DNA of 58,612 bases, filler included, from Sphacelaria rigidula (GCA_964200075.2; 9 parts of 9 records of this genome joined end to end with filler, not necessarily neighbours in it), one strand, 5' to 3'. Counted from the first letter of the whole stretch, positions 38,157-51,787 are shown. A program made the numbers and translations. The notes: generated by a model from the letters alone, not told the origin.

Positions 38157-38896
38157 AATGCAATTTTTCGATACTTGTCATGATTTTTCATATTTTGGCG
38201 ATAATGTTGAAAGAAATTGATCAAGGAACACTAGAAAAAACCGAGAAGTCTGGCCGGCTTTGTGAGGTTCGACTCATGCCGAGATAGCCCCCCCACAAAA
38301 AGTGCACCGGAGACCGTCCGACAAACCGGCTGCGATCTCACTATTGAGCTCGTTTGCAGCAATTTCGCCCACATGAGAAGCATATAGCAGTCCGAAACCA
38401 GCTGTAACGCCTAAATGAGTCGCGTCGTGGAGCACGAAACCAGCTCTAACGGTATTTATGATCATCGCCTCCGTGCAGTTTTTTGGCCGGTTCGGGTGGG
38501 GCCTATCTCGGCAGCAGCCGTTCGTACATTTGCTTCTGCTCCTCGCCCGCCCTGCCCCGATGACCTCGGATGCCGGCAACGCTCACACACATCAATGTAC
38601 AATACACGAGCGCACGGTAGCGAAACCCTGTAGCCAAAGTAGCAATATTATCTCGCGCCTCGCCAAAGTTTCCCAGACTAGTGGTAGGTGGTCGAGGCAC
38701 ACGACACGGTATATGATTTTATACATGTAATCATGGTAGGTGATGAGCTTGGGGGGGCGGTGTGTCCGTCATCTCAGCGGTCTCCATGCCAAGGATCTCT
38801 GTACACGGGAGCTGACCGCATCTGCCAACGCTTCCGCAATAAACTAGGGGACAGCAGGCTGGGTGTCCCCCCCATACCCCCCCCCCATGGTTAGGC

Positions 38897-39043
38897 ACCC
38901 ATGAGGCAGTGTGGAAGCTGCGGCTGTCTCTGGAAGCGGCACTACCACAAAATAGAGCAACTCATTATAGGCTGTCATCCAAATGCAAGATATTCAGTAG
39001 GCTTCGGGTCGAACAATCTTAGCAGGATGTAGCTCACCCTTCA
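38897..39043 (+). mobile_element. Family A retroposon copy (others: 47612-47720 +, 52190-52255 -, 55015-55270 -, fragment 11083-11130 +)
   Basis: Direct sequence similarity to 11363-11650. Confidence 0.85.
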
Positions 39044-39192
39044 NNNNNNNNNNNNNNNNNNNNNNNNNNNNNNNNNNNNNNNNNNNNTTAATTAATTAAN
39101 NNNNNNNNNNNNNNNNNNNNNNNNNNNNNNNNNNNNNNNNNNNCATCCCCAACGGACCCACGCGCCGCCGCCCGGGGGGCGACCGGCGGAAG

Positions 39193-39223
<31 letters not shown>

Positions 39224-39447
39224 TACATGTAAGGCAAACGTAACGCACACAAGACACAGAGGTCAATTCAGAGAGCTCGCTCGCCCATATCATACTTCAA
39301 TGGATGTGTGACGCTTCTCTGGAGGCGAAAAACCGCTGTAGATGGTGCACGTTCTCGCGCGCAATAAGAGTACAAAAGGGTGTATCATGTGCGCATTTTA
39401 CTTCCTAGGAAAGAAAGAGACATGCGTCGGTAGATATGCGCAAGCAC

Positions 39448-42400
39448 CTCAGCGTACGTCTTCGAGTCGCCCTTGGCCAAGGCCTCAGTAGCGGCCGAAT
39501 TCGCATCCAGCACCTCCTTCTCCAGGGCGGTCCTCAGACCCAATCGCACATCGCGAAACACGGCGTCCTTCTCTTGGAAGCCGTTCACGCGCACCAGCAT
39601 TCCTGTGCGTTCAAACTCCTCCACGATCTTGGTTTGCCATCCAAAGCACGACATAACAATAATGGGTAAACAGTGCACACACACATGCACAAGATACAAG
39701 GGAGGTATGATGTTTGCTGCCGTCACATAAAATGCTGTCTGTAACGCACACGCGCGATTTTTTTCTTTACTCTTTACCCGGGTAAAGAGAAGTTATACTC
39801 ATTCCATTTCTAGTATGTGTACCGGGGGAGAGATGGGTTGGTTCATTTTCGCCACGGACTCGTCCCGACGATGGGGAGGGGTTAAAGTTACATATCTAGG
39901 GGTCCTGTTGTGCTTGTGCAAATTTGTTTGGATGCTTCTGTACGTTGAGGGTCATATAATGAGGTGGGGTGTCGCTCAGTACGCAGTACACCCCACCCAA
40001 CAGTGAAAACATCAGTGCCGTGCGGTGGTACTGCACTACCATGCAGGAGATCTTAGTGCCTCGGTAATGCGGTATAGCCCTAACGGTGTGTACAGTACAA
40101 TGCAGCACCACAAGTGCAGTATGCATTACAACAGTACAACAGTACAACAGTACATCACCCAGCAAGCACAGTACAGTAGTACTGTACGGTGATACTGCAC
40201 GATGACACACCTCAGTTCAGCACATCGCATCAACACAGTCATAGTCATCGCCGGAGGGTATTACTCACTTGTGTCATTTGTTCTTCAAAAATTGCGAAAA
40301 GTTACGACCCAGCCCTTCGCAACAAAGCTGCTGCAAAAGCACAGGCACGGTCTGTGCCGTCAGCACTAGACTGTGTGCGTGTGTATTTTCTCTCTTAGGT
40401 CCATGTTAATCGGGCAACGTGTTTCTGCACTTGATTCATGTGCGTGGACAACTCACAAATCATCAAAAAGGTAAACTCTCTCTGAGTTGAAGGTCCTTGC
40501 CCCGCCACTGCCCCCCCCCCCGCCACTCCGAGAAAAAAGCCGTCATTTCCATCAGACGCTACAGTGACCAGTCAGTTTTGTTCATCACTTCGCTCTCCGC
40601 GGTACACACACCGGCATTGTAGTCTTCATGAAGGTCTGGAATCGCCTTCTTGCGGTCTCGGCATTGTCGTCCGTCCTGCCACTGGTCTCTCCCCTCGATA
40701 GCAGTCGCCGCTCCAACTCCTCCTCCGGGCAGTGCAGGAATAGCACACACCGAACGTCCGCGACGTGGGTCATCAAGTCATACCACCCCTGTGAGGGATT
40801 TGGGGCGGGGGGTACAGCACATGGACAAAACGAGAAGCAGAGACGAGGGGGTAGTGGTATAATAGTACGATAGTTTAAAAATACGCGCATATATATCAGA
40901 GGCAGTACTTGAGAAAAGGAGTAGTGTGTACGACGGGGTGTTTCTGCAAATCAACAAGAGCAAACAGAGATTACGCGAGGTGATCGCCACATTCCACCCC
41001 TGAAAAAGCACCTGGTTTCAGTGTAGGCTGTGACATTGGGATACTTTGAAGTCGGGTAGTCCCAGGTGCTCGCCAGAGTGTGCAGGACGAGGTTCCGCCC
41101 AAATTGGTGCTCAGATTTGAGCTCTGTAGACGTACACGTTGCCTAGGGCACGTTCTGAACCCTCCCTGCCCAAGGGTTCTCGTCATGCCTTGAGTTGGGG
41201 TTCGGGATAGGGTTAGCCTTAGGGTTGAGAAAAACGACTTTACGTGTCGACTGTCAACCACGGACTTCGCCAACGAACCTGCGGTAAAGTTACCTCAACA
41301 AAGGGGGATGCTTGCAAATATATGTGGACGGGTCACGAGTCCACATATACATATCATACTCGGAAAATGGACTCCTTGTGGTTCCATGCCCCTCCCCAAG
41401 AACGAAAGATCGGGAAACAGACTTGCCGTTGCTAAATATGTTTGGTTTTTGGCAGCGAGCACGATCGTGACGCTCCTCACGTTTCTGGCGTTCCTGAACC
41501 TCGGGTTGCCAGGTTCCACAGCCATCGATCCTCGTACCCGCATATGTTACAACAATTTTTTCAGCTGCGGCCAACCCTAAAGGTTGTCAGTCATTGAAAA
41601 CAAATCTTGGTGTTTGAACCGAATTACCTCCGTACGCTTTACAATACACTCATGCAGGACCGAGTGCAGCCCCTGAGGGCAAAAACAACCCTTCTGCAAG
41701 CAAAGCTGTGTTCGATACAGCCTGGGTCCCCATCACAGTATAGACACATGGAGAACGGCATCCCCCCCGTCGCCGTGATGCGATAGAAGCCGCTTTGGTT
41801 CCACAGTTTGATCCATTATACTATGCTAGGACATAATTTCATCACAGACCGCTCGGTGTAGTGCGGGGTCTGGTCCCATCTACGGCACAATGCAGTGACC
41901 TCAACTGTAATATCGGGGAGGGGGAACTTGCCTGAAAGTTATCGCTGTTGCGAGGGAAGCCGTCAATGAGGAACCTCGAGAACGGTCCGCTCGCCTTCAT
42001 CGCCCGTTGCAGCAGGCCCAGACTGATCGCCACGGGTACGATGCGGCCTTCCCTGATGTACTCGTCTATGAGCTGTCCGTCCTTTGACCCGCTCTCGCGC
42101 TCTTGGCGCAAAAGCTCTCCGGCGGACAGATGCACGTAGCTGTGCATTTGTTCATTTGTGGGGGTGTATTGAATGTTTTGTTCTCGTTTCGACTGTAAAG
42201 AACCAACGGGAGACCAAGCAGGACGAGCGCATGAACTACAGGAACAAATAGATGTCATCGTGAACAAAGCATTCTGATACAGTATATAGCACTGGAATGA
42301 GGGAAGTCTGAGCCCGATATATGTACGGTATTTTTCCTTCTGAAAACCACAGCCGAAAAGCTCTTCGTTTGCGATCAAAAATCCAACCGAGGCAGGTCTC

Positions 42401-43033
42401 GGCAAAAGTAGCTGCGGGGCTACAGAAGGGATGCGAAGGCAAAGCGCATGGCACATAGAGACCGCGCGAGCGCACATAACAACAACCATGTACTCACCCG
42501 TACTCGGTAGCCAGCCTCTCGCACTGTGTCCCCTTGCCGGACCCTGGCCCACCCAGTACGAAGATCACTGGAGCGCGATCATCCACGACATGAGGCCTGT
42601 CGGCAGCAGCAAAAGCTTCAGCACCTGGCGGACTCCCTCCCCCCACCGTCGCCTTCGCCTCTGCAGACGTAGCAGCGGCACCAGAAGTAGAGAACGCTGA
42701 TGAAATAGAAGAAGACGACGCCATCGACAGAGAAGGGTGTGTACCGCCGCTGCCGCCGCCGCGCATTCCGCGTGTCCACCGCGGCGTGGTCGAGGTTGAA
42801 GTCAATGCCGCTGCTGTGGTGATGGCGGAATTTTCCATTCCGAGCCGTGGCTTGAGGGCGCCGATGTTGCTGCGCCCTAGGTCGGTAGGGAATGGAGCCA
42901 CCGTGAGAGCTATTCTATGGTGACGATGTTGGCGGTAATATTGGCGGGGGTGCGTTGTCTTGCGAATAAGGCGGGCGTTACGGTGCGATGTTGAGGTAGT
43001 GCGGGCACCGGCGGGTGCGGCCGGACGGGGCAT
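39448..43033 (-). CDS. UMP-CMP kinase (adenylate kinase family), 3' partial; exons 43033-42498, 42139-41932, 40788-40612, 39627-39448
   Basis: [17 protein letters not shown]-loop, [25 protein letters not shown] and [14 protein letters not shown] (short LID). Junctions are phase-consistent. A long Ser/Ala/Arg-rich N-terminal extension precedes the kinase. Confidence 0.93.
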
Positions 43034-45490
43034 GGTTGCAGGTTGCAGATGGTGTCGGGGGAAACGCGAGTGTGGGAGTCGGCCTAGGAGAGCGAAGCCC
43101 AGTCTAATGATATGGAGGATGGGAGAGAAGCAGAAGGATGGGCAACAGCGGACGATACCCGTGGTTGGGTACTTTTTCGGTGCTTTGACGTCTCAGGCTG
43201 AGAAGGGTGTACAATACAGTGCAAAAAAGCACAGGTGCAGGCGGTGTGCACAGCGGACAGGTTTTGCGCCGTATACAGTGTCGTAGAATTACGACGAGGG
43301 CCAGCCCACGGTATTCCCGAAATAGAAGGCTCGATTTTCAACTTGCAAGTTGAAGCTTGGGACTGCCTTCACACGCGTCTAGAAGCCAACGAGCACAAGG
43401 GTCGCATCGTAGACAACCCCACAGCAGCACGAAGACCATAGCTATCCACACAGGTATTAGCATCGCCCTATTCCGACAGAGTGTATCACCCGAAAAACGC
43501 CGCATACAGAATAATCTGCTCCCTCATGAGAGGACCAGCACGCACACAACACACTTTCGTTTGATAACAGGACAGGATTTTTTGACACGAACGTCGGAAA
43601 CTCACGTATTTGAAACGAAGCAGGCAAGAGAAAGGGCAGTCCTCATGATACCGTTGGAATGCATTGTTACGTTTCCTTGACCATGCGCGTAAACACCAGC
43701 AGCTCTCCACGGAGTCTCTGACCGCTGCGTCCGAATCTTTTCGCAGAGCCTAGGATTTTCAGACTCGCGGTCGATATATAAAACTTATCATTTAGCAAAC
43801 ATTCAGGATAGCGCAAAATTACAAGTTCAGGAGAAATACATGTGTAAGTAGAAAACATAAAGTACGTATAACCACATGAATAAGTCAGGGGCTCATCATC
43901 AGCCGTCTTCTAGGAAACATGAACACGTGGGCATATTTTCACACATGGAAAATGACTTGCGAGAAGTACGGTAAATGAAGAAGTGGAAGGCGCATCTCAT
44001 TTTGGTTTCCTCTCAAGCAAACAGCAGCCAGGGCCAGGGGTATTGTGGGAGGTATGGCGCAACGATCATGCTATGCGCTAGCTGCTTTGCTCTTAGTGAT
44101 CAACTTAAAGGACTACGTCGACGCTTTCCATCTTGTAACGCGACCGTCGGCTCTCGCCGCACGCACCAGTAGCAGGTATGTGCAAGCGTTGGCTCGTGTC
44201 TTCACTAGTTGAGGATGATCAACTGATCATGTTTGCGGGGGTCAAGGAGAGTCCCTGTAGCCGCCATATTCAACGATCAATGGAGATTGAACGAAGGTGA
44301 CGGATACGTCTCAACACCCCCGTGTGTTGTGTGTGCGTGGGTGCGCTCGTTTTCGCGGATCCTCTTGAGCCTTTGTCTTGTTGTCGAAGCCGTCATCTCC
44401 GCCGTTTGTTTCCCATTGTCTGCGCGCTTCTGGTTCCATCTCTACGTTTGTGCATGATAATGGCGGCACATGAAACTAGATCGGCGCTCTCGGAGCATGA
44501 GTAAGCACGGCAAACGAGTCAGTTTTAGAATACCGTAGTGTTTTGCTCGACTGTATCCCCACCCCGCGCTTCTCTTGCCGACACGTGTGCATGATCGAGG
44601 AGAGCACTACTTGCGCCGTTCGGCATGGTCGAAGCTTCGTGATTTGTGGCATTGCGCCTTCCTCATTCATACCTGCAGCCGCTACAGGATACATTTCCGG
44701 CAATAACTTGCTTGGAACAAAGCAAGGCATCGACGGGGGCATTTCCTGGGTAGTGTAGCCGATACCGAAGGGGAGCATATGCATCAGGACAGCCAATATT
44801 ACCAATCTGAACAACAGCCCAATCAGTATTACACGAAGTCAGTATTATTAGACTGTGTAACTGCGAGTGTCTGCGCTTTGCCTTATCTCGGGTGCGTCCA
44901 TCGCGGCTGGATTACTGGTGTATCAGTTAAGGTGCGACAGTCAACCAAATCAATCATTTGTCGGCTGATAGTAGAGTACATTCCCCTACCGTACAACGAG
45001 ATTTCGCGCCAGCGTATGGCATGCTTCTGCTTTATGATCACTGCTCGTTCAAGCCACAAACGATACTCTGAAGACTCTACAGATAGAGTACTGTATCGTG
45101 TCGCCATTTTTCCTTGAGAAAAAATTGACCCCCATGACAAATAAGGGTTAGGTAGAACTATACTGACACGAGTCGGGGCCCAGATCGCAATCTCACCTCG
45201 TTGGTTGGGAGGTTCATGAAGCCATAATGTAAGCTTGTCCGAGGAGGAGGTGACTACTTTATATATTCATATAGGCTGGTTGACGGTGATCACCCAAAAT
45301 TGTGTCATTAGCAAATGCCTTCCGCAATACGCACCCAATAGTCGCGTATGTGGTATCATACTGACCGCAATGAAGAAACGAAGAGGGCGACATAGCCGGA
45401 TTTTTGTTCAACCCTTAGACGACGAGCGTCGCCTCGGAGCAGTTGTACAGGCTGACAATTCCGAGACATCCGGGGGTTTCCAGAGCTCGG

Positions 45491-45524
<34 letters not shown>

Positions 45525-45834
45525 CAGGGGGAAACAGAAGGCGGGAGGAGAAGTGGGGTGAAGTATNNNNNNNNNNNNNNNNNNNNNNNNNNNNNNNNNN
45601 NNNNNNNNNNTTAATTAATTAANNNNNNNNNNNNNNNNNNNNNNNNNNNNNNNNNNNNNNNNNNNNTAGGCCATTGCCCAAAAAAAAAACATGAAGCACG
45701 CAAAGCGTAACTGGATTTTGCTACCGTGGTACCCACAACATTCTCCCCTGAAAACCAGATTCCATCTCCGCAGACGTTAATAAATGGTGAGCACGCGCCA
45801 CATTGGTTTTATGTGAGCAGCAGTACCACAACAC

Positions 45835-45975
45835 TGCCCCAGAAACTACAGGTGAGGTTCTGGATCTGGTCCTTGTTTTGTTTTGGTTCCGCTTCTCATT
45901 GAAAACTATAACCATATGCCTACTAAAGCCGGAAACTACTGGTGAGGTTCTGACTCTCGTCCTGGTTCTGATTCT
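45835..45975. repeat. Two-copy direct repeat with a ~90-bp period
   Basis: ccagaaactacaggtgaggttctg and ccggaaactactggtgaggttctg. Confidence 0.75.
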
Positions 45976-46926
45976 CTCTGAGAACCCTATCCCGAACTCC
46001 ATGACATGGGGTGGCAACAGTACGTCACGTGACGTGACGTAAACGGTCTCTTTCTCTCCTTTGTCACCTGAGAATGGCGAGGAATAAAAAGAACGACGCC
46101 AGAGTAGAACATACTGAAGAGAGGGATAATTCTTCCAGCCCCTCTGCACCATCATCGAGCAAGGCGGCCGCCTTTCCTGCACCTCCAGACCCTCTCCCGA
46201 CGTCGAAGGGATCGTTCACCTATCGCAAAAAAAAAAAAAAGGAAATTGGACCAAGACTCACGGAATGGGTAGGGTAATTTTCGCAACAGTTTTGACGATG
46301 GGTAGGGGATATACAGCCATATTACAGTTATGGATAAGGGATAACCTCGGAATAAAAAAACAATGTATGTTGTACTTCATGGGAAATGATGCGGAAGTGT
46401 CTTTTTGTCACCACGCTGTAGCAGTAAAGGGACTACCGTGCCGCCTTCACCTACCGTAGCATCCCTCTCGTCTTCAAACCAAACTTCTCAGCGGTTGAAC
46501 AAGAAAAACAAACGAACTAGCCAAATACAGCGTTCGACGAGCTATGCGGGGGTCACGATGGTTTACCCACTGCCCCATCCGTACCACGCTGGAAACAGCG
46601 GGTCCCACACAGCTGCGCTTCATGTACGCCTGAGAACCGTTCGCGCCGCGTGACCCTAGAATACATTCACAGCGCTTGAGCAGTGGTCGCTTGCTCGAAA
46701 AAGAGTGCTTGATGCGTTCTGTTAGGTTCCGGGTCCGAGAAAAATGACTTTCGAGTCTGCATTTTTTGGAGGGGGGGGGGGGGGGTGAGTATAACATCGC
46801 TGCGCGAATATCCTGCAGTAGGACGAGCCATAGGCCCTTAAGCCACTGAGAGGTATAACGCGGAAATAGACGCGATAGTCTCCTGGATTTTTCATCCTGG
46901 AAAGTGTGAAAATAAATGTAAGTTAA

Positions 46927-47024
46927 CCCTAAGACCGCGAGGTTAATCTTCTGTTGAGTCGGCATCAATTCCAAGTGAAAAAAAGTATGCATGACCCAGA
47001 AAGACTAATCTCTCGGTCTAAGGG
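46927..47024. mobile_element. 98-bp piggyBac-type MITE with a TTAA target-site duplication
   Basis: TTAA|CCCTAAGACCGCGAGGTTAATCTT ... AAGACTAATCTCTCGGTCTAAGGG|TTAA. Confidence 0.88.
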
Positions 47025-48562
47025 TTAAGGGAGAAAACGTTCGACGTGCGTAGACGGGCTGCGGAACAAGCTGGTCTCACGCTTGCGACAAAATTAACAA
47101 CGCAAGTGCCGGGGGAAATGGATAGGTTGACCTCTCGAGATTGCGGGTTCGCCTCGGGAGAAAAAGGAAGGGCAGCTAGCTACACGTTATCAAGTATGAC
47201 AAGAAAATACCATGTGACGGAGCGGAGGTGTAGCGTAGAATACATCCAGCGTGCGCCACCTCCGGGTGACGAGATTTTTGGGACACAAAGCGTCATCACC
47301 TACCGGAGGTGTTAGCTTCACCGAACCCTCGTCCACAAGACGGTGCTTTGAACCCTGCCTCGTTTCATTATCCTTACCCTGCATCTACATCTACTCCTCT
47401 TATCCTGCTAGGGAGGGTGACGTGCCGCGTACCCTGTTGCAGGGACGCATGTACCGTGGCTAGCGGCGTATTTCATCGATACGCTGTATAATACCCCCAT
47501 GAATGACACCCTCAAGCGATACGTTTTTTGGTTATTTTCTGCGCCACATGCCGGTATCTCCAGTGCTGTATGAGGGCCCGTAGTATAGCACCCCCCTCCC
47601 CCAGTTCAACGGGAGCCTGGTCCGGCAACAACTAGGCGTGGTCCGTCCCGGCTTGTAGGGATGCGAGGTCAATAGTCATACGACTATGGCATGCAAGATT
47701 ATGCGTACACCCCTCCGCGCTCCCGTCCCCATTCAATACCACCCCTGAGCGATGACCACTGGGCGATGAATTGTGGGTTTCCACAACATTATCACACGGG
47801 GATCGAACACAACATCACCTCCGGTACTGGTGTGGCGACTAAAGTAAGTAGTGGCCTAAAATGTATCGCTCGGGCGTATAGTTCCGGAGTGGGCTATGTG
47901 CTCTCTGTGCCAGCGATGCGTAGACGCCGTATCACATATTCTCAGGCAACAGCAGCAGCAGCCCCGGAAATCCAGTGGGTAAGACCTCCTACTAGGGGAA
48001 CGTGGTAGCAAAAGGGTTCACCTGCATTTCGATACCTCACGTGATTGACAGCTACAACACACGAAACATCATTTTTACCTGGTCTAGCTGTCGAAAAGCC
48101 TCATGACTGTGTGTAGGTGGGGGCGTACGGTACCACATATATCTAATCCACCCGAGTGACGGCGGCTTCCGCGGCACAATGGATGAAGCCTCACTCTCCT
48201 AAGGTGAAGATTTGCGGGTTTTAAGACCCACCGGGTTTACAACGTGTGTAGCCACCGCTCAGAGCAAGTCCTTTTTTTTTTCTTTGTCTACCATGTTTCT
48301 CTGCTGTACCTTTTCTGTTTTTTTTCAATTTTGGTGGGCGAGTATTTCAGTCATGTTCTGGTCACGGGTGGGTCTATCATGTGGATAATGACCACGGCTG
48401 GATCATGACTCGTGGGGGATCAGTTAGAGTACGACAATCAATCAATCAATCATGCAATCAACCAATCCAGATCCCCAACAGAAACAGAGGGACAAAAGAA
48501 AACATGAAACAGGACACGATAATCGCATTACCAAGATGAGCTATCCAAGGTTCATGAAGCTC

Positions 48563-48692
48563 TTAACCCTTTTGGAAGTCACTGAAGATTTTATTTTGCG
48601 AATCGGCATCATTCTGACTTGAAAATGACTGAAAGTGATGCCGATCCAAGAAAATAGAAACCGTCAGTGGGTCGGTCCCAAAAGGTTCAAGA
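48563..48692. mobile_element. Related, more decayed piggyBac-type MITE
   Basis: ttaacccttttgg ... ccaaaaggttcaa, with an internal gaatcggcatca / tgatgccgatcc inverted motif shared with the 46927 element. Confidence 0.6.
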
Positions 48693-49719
48693 TGTTGCGC
48701 TGTTGAGAAAATAATACTGCTCTTACAGCGTTGCCCTTGTTCCCTATCGCTGTACCTGAGAGCCAAGTCTACCGCTCTCTCGAGGACGCGACCCAGCGAA
48801 ATCTACCCCTGCCTTGTGAGTGGACGATGACTCCATAGATCGCTTAGGAGACACGAGGAAGACTGTAGCGTAGCCGCCGAAGAGTAAAAGCAGATCAACC
48901 ATCACCTGAAACAACACATCAGGGCCACGGGGGAGCGGTTGAGCTCGAACTTGAAGCAAATGTCTTGAACCTCATCCCCGATATCTCCCGAAAAATAATA
49001 CACACGTGGTGAATACTTCACAAGTGCCACGTGTCTCTCGGACCCACAGTCATATCACACGTGCACACAGCCGACGCAAACACACCCTGTGGAGCACGTA
49101 CAGAACATATTACATGAAAACACCGGTTAAAACCACATCTTTTGTTCTTTCAAGACCTTTTGAATGGTCGACCGGACCGTGTTCACCTGAACAAACTGCC
49201 CACTAAACGAACCACTTTCGTCAGCCGCTGACTGAGTGGGTTAGTGGCTAGTTCCTTCATTACGAACAAAACTCTTGCAATTTTTTCAGCTTAATCGCTG
49301 TCCCGTTGTGACCTCGAGCCCCATCACCCCTCGCCAGTGTTACTGGGGTATATTCCTGTACCTGAGATAACCAGTTTTTTTCGCTAGTTTTTCTCAGTTA
49401 CTCCCGATCTGGAACGTAAAAGGTAAAGTCATCATCTGGGAATGGTACAGTCATCATCCGGAGATCGTGAAATCACTAAAAAGCAGGTAAAACGAACAGG
49501 CGAGACACAGATAGCTCAGAAGCTACCACTACGATCCTGCAAGAGCCAGACAACAGTTGACCTCTTGTGGTATGTTGTCATGTTCCACAAAAACATGGAG
49601 CGCGTCGTATACACAACAGTGGGTGGACAACAGAACAGATAAAGCAAAAGAACCAAAATATATACATCCAGGTTTCTCCTCGATATGCCATCGATCATTA
49701 TTTTTACTTAATTTTTTTA

Positions 49720-49992
49720 TTTGTCGTCCTTTGAATTCTTCCCCTTCCTCGGGATGAGTCCGTGGTCTCAAGGGATCAACCCATCTCTCCCGCGGTACGC
49801 GCCTTACACTTTGGTCTCGCGGAGTGGATCATGACCATCACTCCCGCTCCGCGTCAACTCACTCACGTCAAACAAACTCAGTCGACTACCTTGTTTACTC
49901 ACGTCCTCACGCTTTCCACGGCGAAAATCAGACATGGCGAAGAAAAAACACAACGCATCGGGAATCGAACCCTCGTTCTCTCCACCCTCATG
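49720..49992 (-). mobile_element. 5'-truncated copy of the tRNA-derived SINE
   Basis: Reverse complement of ~26427-26705; the B box is retained. Confidence 0.85.
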
Positions 49993-51526
49993 ACGAATCA
50001 ATATACTGGGGAAAGTTCACCGAATACTGAAATCAGGACAACCGCACGTCGAAACCCACGCGAAAAGGAAGAACACATGAAAAAGACGTGTTTGTAGGTG
50101 AAAGCCTATAATGGTTCAGTCATAGCAAACGCTCACCATCATTCCCATGGAGATGAGGCCATCTTGCATGTGCATGAACACAACAAGGAAAAGCGTTACC
50201 GCCGATATTTGTTGGGTAACGGCGAAGGTATTCACCACGTACAACCGCAGATCTGGTTGCCTGACATACGCTGGAGAATAACCACCACCACCACCACCCC
50301 CCAAGGCGACAACACACGCAACAGAAGAAACAGAGAGTGCAGACAGCGGGAACGCATGCGTCACTTTACGAAAAATTGAAAAAAATGTAGTTTTATTTTA
50401 GCACGGCAAAGGATACTTTTCAATAGCTTGTTGCCTGTGAAGAATGCGGAGATTTCGACAAAGCGAAAAGAGTTATAAAAAAAAAAAAACGATAGCACGG
50501 AAAAAAAAAATGATTACGATAGACAGCAGCGCAAAGCAAGGCACGACTGCAGCCACGTTTTTTTTTTTTTTTTTTCATTTTTGTCGCATTTATCCTCTTC
50601 ATTCAGACCCACGAATCGCAAGATCGAAGACCCCGCGGACGAAAAATATCAACATGCGGGAAATTATTTATGGGCTCAAGATGGAGCAAGCTAAAACATA
50701 TGGTGGACTCAAAGACATCGACTTTGCGGTCAGGATTTTGTGTGATGATGGGTAAGACACCCCCTTCTCGAGCAAGATACCAATATCCTTTACGAACAAA
50801 GCTTTCCCGCTGCAGGGACAGACTGCATCATTTCACCCTCTCCACGTGATCTCGTAGGCTTCAGATGAACAATCCCTACACTAGCGTTCCGCGTAACGAG
50901 GAATACAAGATCGGATGGTCGAGAGAGTGGCCCGCTTTGCCCCTGTTCCGGTATGCGGGGGCAGCACGGGTACTGATATACTGCACCCACATCTTGTCCT
51001 ATCGGGCTTTGATGTCTTGCGTTGGCTTGCAACCTCTGCGATTTTCCCTGGCTATGTGATCGTGGCAAAGTAGTCGCATAGGTCACACGCGGGGACTGAT
51101 TCCAGTACAAGCAGGTCTCCTGTAGTTCAATCGGTCTCNNNNNNNNNNATACGGATCTTTGGTAGTGTAGGTGTCCATTTTTCGTTTAGATGTTTTGTTT
51201 CTTGCCTTCTTCTGCGGGCTGCTTGGGCTATGGGCATGGGTGGTATGCTCCTTGCATTCTGTGACCACGGGTTCGACAGATCGAGCTAACGTGACGGGTA
51301 TAATAATAACAATAAATAATGTTCCTGTACGAGCTGGGCCAGCCAACAGTGGGTAGTTAGTTGTCTCGCTCAGGCGACGCATTGCGTAAAATCAGGAGTG
51401 GGTCGTTGAAATTTTGACAGCACCTTATTATGATCGACATGCAGAACATCTCGAGAGCAGAAAAGAAAAAAAGAAGAAAAAAAAAGAGGGGTATGGGGGT
51501 TCAAAATTTCAGCAAACACAAGATAA

Positions 51527-51787
51527 GAGCAATGCTACGTACGGTAGGGATGCACTTTTTTCGCGAAATTTTGTCTGGTTCAGGGGCTCCTGACGATTCT
51601 AGACGCAGAAGATTATGGGTCAGGGCATCCCCGTTTGCAGATTCATTCGGGATATCCCCAGGACGTTGGAATAGTATTCCTGGCGTTCTCTCGCGTATTT
51701 TCATAAGTCGTGTTTTGGATGAGATAAAGGGCTCCCAACAATTCTAACCTCCGAAAATAATCGTGTACGCCTACTGTAGCATCACTC
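51527..51787. mobile_element. Complete GAG...CTC MITE with a 4-bp TSD (ATAA), Sola-like
   Basis: ataa|gagcaatgctacg..gtagggatgcac ... gtgtacgcctactgtagcatcactc|ataa. Confidence 0.75.

Noticed and set aside
796..43033. Functional linkage of the 7TM-RGS, SET-like and kinase genes as one system
   Set aside because: They lie on different, artificially joined contigs.
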